A model generated the notes under the pieces. The model saw only the letters and a program-made list of their open reading frames with translations. It did no database searches and was not told the origin of the DNA. The translations under genes and the position numbers were made by a program. Shown here one piece after another: positions 50,768 through 52,808 of a DNA stretch of 52,808 nt (positions are counted from its first letter, which is position 1; each line of letters opens with the position of its first letter). This stretch comes from Candidatus Omnitrophota bacterium (GTDB lineage: Bacteria > Omnitrophota > Gorgyraeia > JAHJTE01), in contig JAGVEL010000039.1 in assembly GCA_020058285.1 (NCBI GenBank), positions 1-52,808 of the forward strand. The letters run 5' to 3'.

Positions 50768-52252
50768 ATGATAGATATCGCAAATAAAAATGATTTGTAT
50801 AAAGCTAATGCTCATGAATTACTGGATAGCTTTGCCGCCAAAAAAGTAAATCCGCAGGATCTATTACTATCTATAATTAAGCGTATAAAAAAAGTCGATT
50901 CTAAGATTAAGGCTTTTGTTAAGGTCATTGAGAAGCCCAAAATTCATTTGCCAAAAAAGAAACTTTCCGGTATTCCTGTGGCAATAAAAGATAATATCTG
51001 TATTCAAGGGTTAGAAACTACATGTTGCTCCAAAATTTTAAAAGGCTTTGTTCCTCCGTATAATGCGACAATAATTGAAAAACTTGAGGAGGAAGGCGCG
51101 GTAATAATCGGTAAAACAAATATGGATGAATTTGCTTTTGGTTCTTCAACGGAAAATTCTTGCTTGGGCCCAACGTTAAATCCCTGGGATACCAGCCGGG
51201 TAAGCGGAGGCTCTAGCGGTGGTTCAGCCGCAGCTGTAGCAAGCGAGCAAGCAATCCTTTCTTTGGGTTCTGATACTGGCGGTTCTATCCGTCAGCCAGC
51301 TGCGTTTTGTGGAGTAGTCGGCATGAAGCCAACATATGGTCGGGTATCGCGTTACGGTTTGATTGCTTTTGCTTCAAGTTTAGACCAGATAGGCCCATTC
51401 GCAAAAGATACGCAGGATTTAGCATTATTATTGTCAGTTATTTCCGGTTATGACGAGAGAGATTCGACAAGCGTCAACAATCCAGTTCCGGATTATACAA
51501 AATCTTTGATAAATAATGTTAAAGGTTTAAAAATCGGAATTCCTAAGGAATATTTTTTTACGGACTCTGGCAGTGGCAAAGATGGGATTGAGCCTGATGT
51601 AAAACAGGCAATCCTGGAAGCGAAAAAGGTATTTAGCGACCTAGGTGCAGAACTTATCGAAGTTTCTCTGCCTCATACCAAGTATGCCGTAAGCGTTTAT
51701 TATATTTTGGCTACAGCTGAAGCGAGTTCAAACCTGGCGCGGTTTGACGCAGTGCAATACGGCCATAGGACCAAGAATTTAGATAATAATGCAGATGAGT
51801 CTATTATTGTTCAGATGTATAAGCGCAGCCGCCAGGAAGGCTTTGGCGATGAAGCGAAGAGAAGGATAATGCTTGGGACATTTGTCTTATCCAGCGGCTA
51901 TTATGATGCTTATTATTTACAAGCATCAAAAGTGCGCACATTAATCCGGCAGGATTTTTTAAAAGCATTTGAAGACTGCGACCTGCTTATTGCTCCGACA
52001 ACTCCGACCACTGCTTTTAAAGTCGGAGAAAAAATTGACGATCCGCTCAAAATGTATCTATCAGATATTTTTACTATCTCCGTAAACCTTGCCGGTATAC
52101 CTGCGCTTTCCCTGCCCTGTGGGTTTGATTCACAAAATCTGCCGATAGGTTTACAGATTATTGGGAAACCGTTTGACGAAGAAACTATTCTCAGAACAGC
52201 TTTTACATTTGAACGAAATACACCCTGGCATCTTAAGAAACCAACGCTATGA
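50768..52252 (+). CDS. gatA: Asp/Glu-tRNA amidotransferase subunit A
   Basis: [48 protein letters not shown]. Confidence 0.97.
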   Translation: MIDIANKNDLYKANAHELLDSFAAKKVNPQDLLLSIIKRIKKVDSKIKAFVKVIEKPKIHLPKKKLSGIPVAIKDNICIQGLETTCCSKILKGFVPPYNATIIEKLEEEGAVIIGKTNMDEFAFGSSTENSCLGPTLNPWDTSRVSGGSSGGSAAAVASEQAILSLGSDTGGSIRQPAAFCGVVGMKPTYGRVSRYGLIAFASSLDQIGPFAKDTQDLALLLSVISGYDERDSTSVNNPVPDYTKSLINNVKGLKIGIPKEYFFTDSGSGKDGIEPDVKQAILEAKKVFSDLGAELIEVSLPHTKYAVSVYYILATAEASSNLARFDAVQYGHRTKNLDNNADESIIVQMYKRSRQEGFGDEAKRRIMLGTFVLSSGYYDAYYLQASKVRTLIRQDFLKAFEDCDLLIAPTTPTTAFKVGEKIDDPLKMYLSDIFTISVNLAGIPALSLPCGFDSQNLPIGLQIIGKPFDEETILRTAFTFERNTPWHLKKPTL

Positions 52253-52808
52253 TTTACGACACAGTTATCGGGCTAGAAGTGCATTTACAGCTTTATACGC
52301 AGACAAAGCTATTCTGTTCTTGCAAGATACAATTTGCTTCTCCGGAAAATTCATTAACCTGCCCAGTATGCTTAGGTTTACCGGGTAGTTTACCAGTGAT
52401 TAATCGCAAGGCAATAGAATATGCCTTAAAGGTTGCTTTGGCTTTGGATTGTAGTGTTGGCAGCACTGTCAAGTTTGACAGAAAAAATTATTATTATCCG
52501 GATTTGCCTAAGAATTATCAAATTTCACAATTTGATATGCCTCTGGCGCTTAAGGGAAAACTGGCTATAAAAACCAATAATCAAGAAAAGGTTATTAATA
52601 TCCGGCGCGTGCACTTAGAAGAAGACGCGGGTAAGTTAATTCACGAATCAATTGCAAGCCTTGTTGATTATAACCGCTGCGGAGTGCCGCTTCTTGAGAT
52701 AGTAACCGAGCCAGACATTAATTCTCCGGATGAAGCTTACAATTATTTGGTTGGTTTAAAAACATTATTGAAATATTTAGATGTCTCTGACTGCGATATG
52801 GAGAAGGG
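52249..52808 (+). CDS. gatB: Asp/Glu-tRNA amidotransferase subunit B, 3'-truncated by the window edge
   Basis: Not in the ORF track; translated by hand as [64 protein letters not shown]. Confidence 0.95.
   Translation, partial: MIYDTVIGLEVHLQLYTQTKLFCSCKIQFASPENSLTCPVCLGLPGSLPVINRKAIEYALKVALALDCSVGSTVKFDRKNYYYPDLPKNYQISQFDMPLALKGKLAIKTNNQEKVINIRRVHLEEDAGKLIHESIASLVDYNRCGVPLLEIVTEPDINSPDEAYNYLVGLKTLLKYLDVSDCDMEK

Overview
AT-rich bacterial chromosomal window made up almost entirely of housekeeping genes on the + strand; the only minus-strand gene is a GAF-GGDEF diguanylate cyclase. Gene content resembles an anaerobic PVC-group bacterium such as Ca. Omnitrophota (inference only). Gene order: LPS/glycan genes, priA-fmt, two galT paralogues, gap-pgk-tpiA-secG, a peptide ABC transporter, a membrane/TPR protein, an ArgA-like GNAT, acyl-CoA dehydrogenase, two inserted pilin-like genes, etfBA, PilZ, smc, GGDEF, recA-degP-recX-alaS, hisDBHAFI, trpE, rpsP-yajC-secDF, mfd-surA-pdxA-rsmA, gatCAB. 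I found no rRNA, tRNA, CRISPR array or transposase. The most striking signal is non-coding: three copies of a dyad-symmetric intergenic element (9986-10207, 21312-21477, 40930-41148) that fold into a four-way junction with no unpaired junction bases. Its six hairpin arms keep their geometry while the sequence covaries, and its central cargo is exchangeable and inverted between copies 1 and 3. Also notable: a second cloverleaf element, a MITE-like element whose ends supply the -35 boxes of two divergent promoters, and several remodelled core proteins (PriA lacking helicase motifs, SMC lacking the canonical hinge, a minimal Mfd, and a GalT paralogue lacking the catalytic His). All folding and alignment was done by eye.
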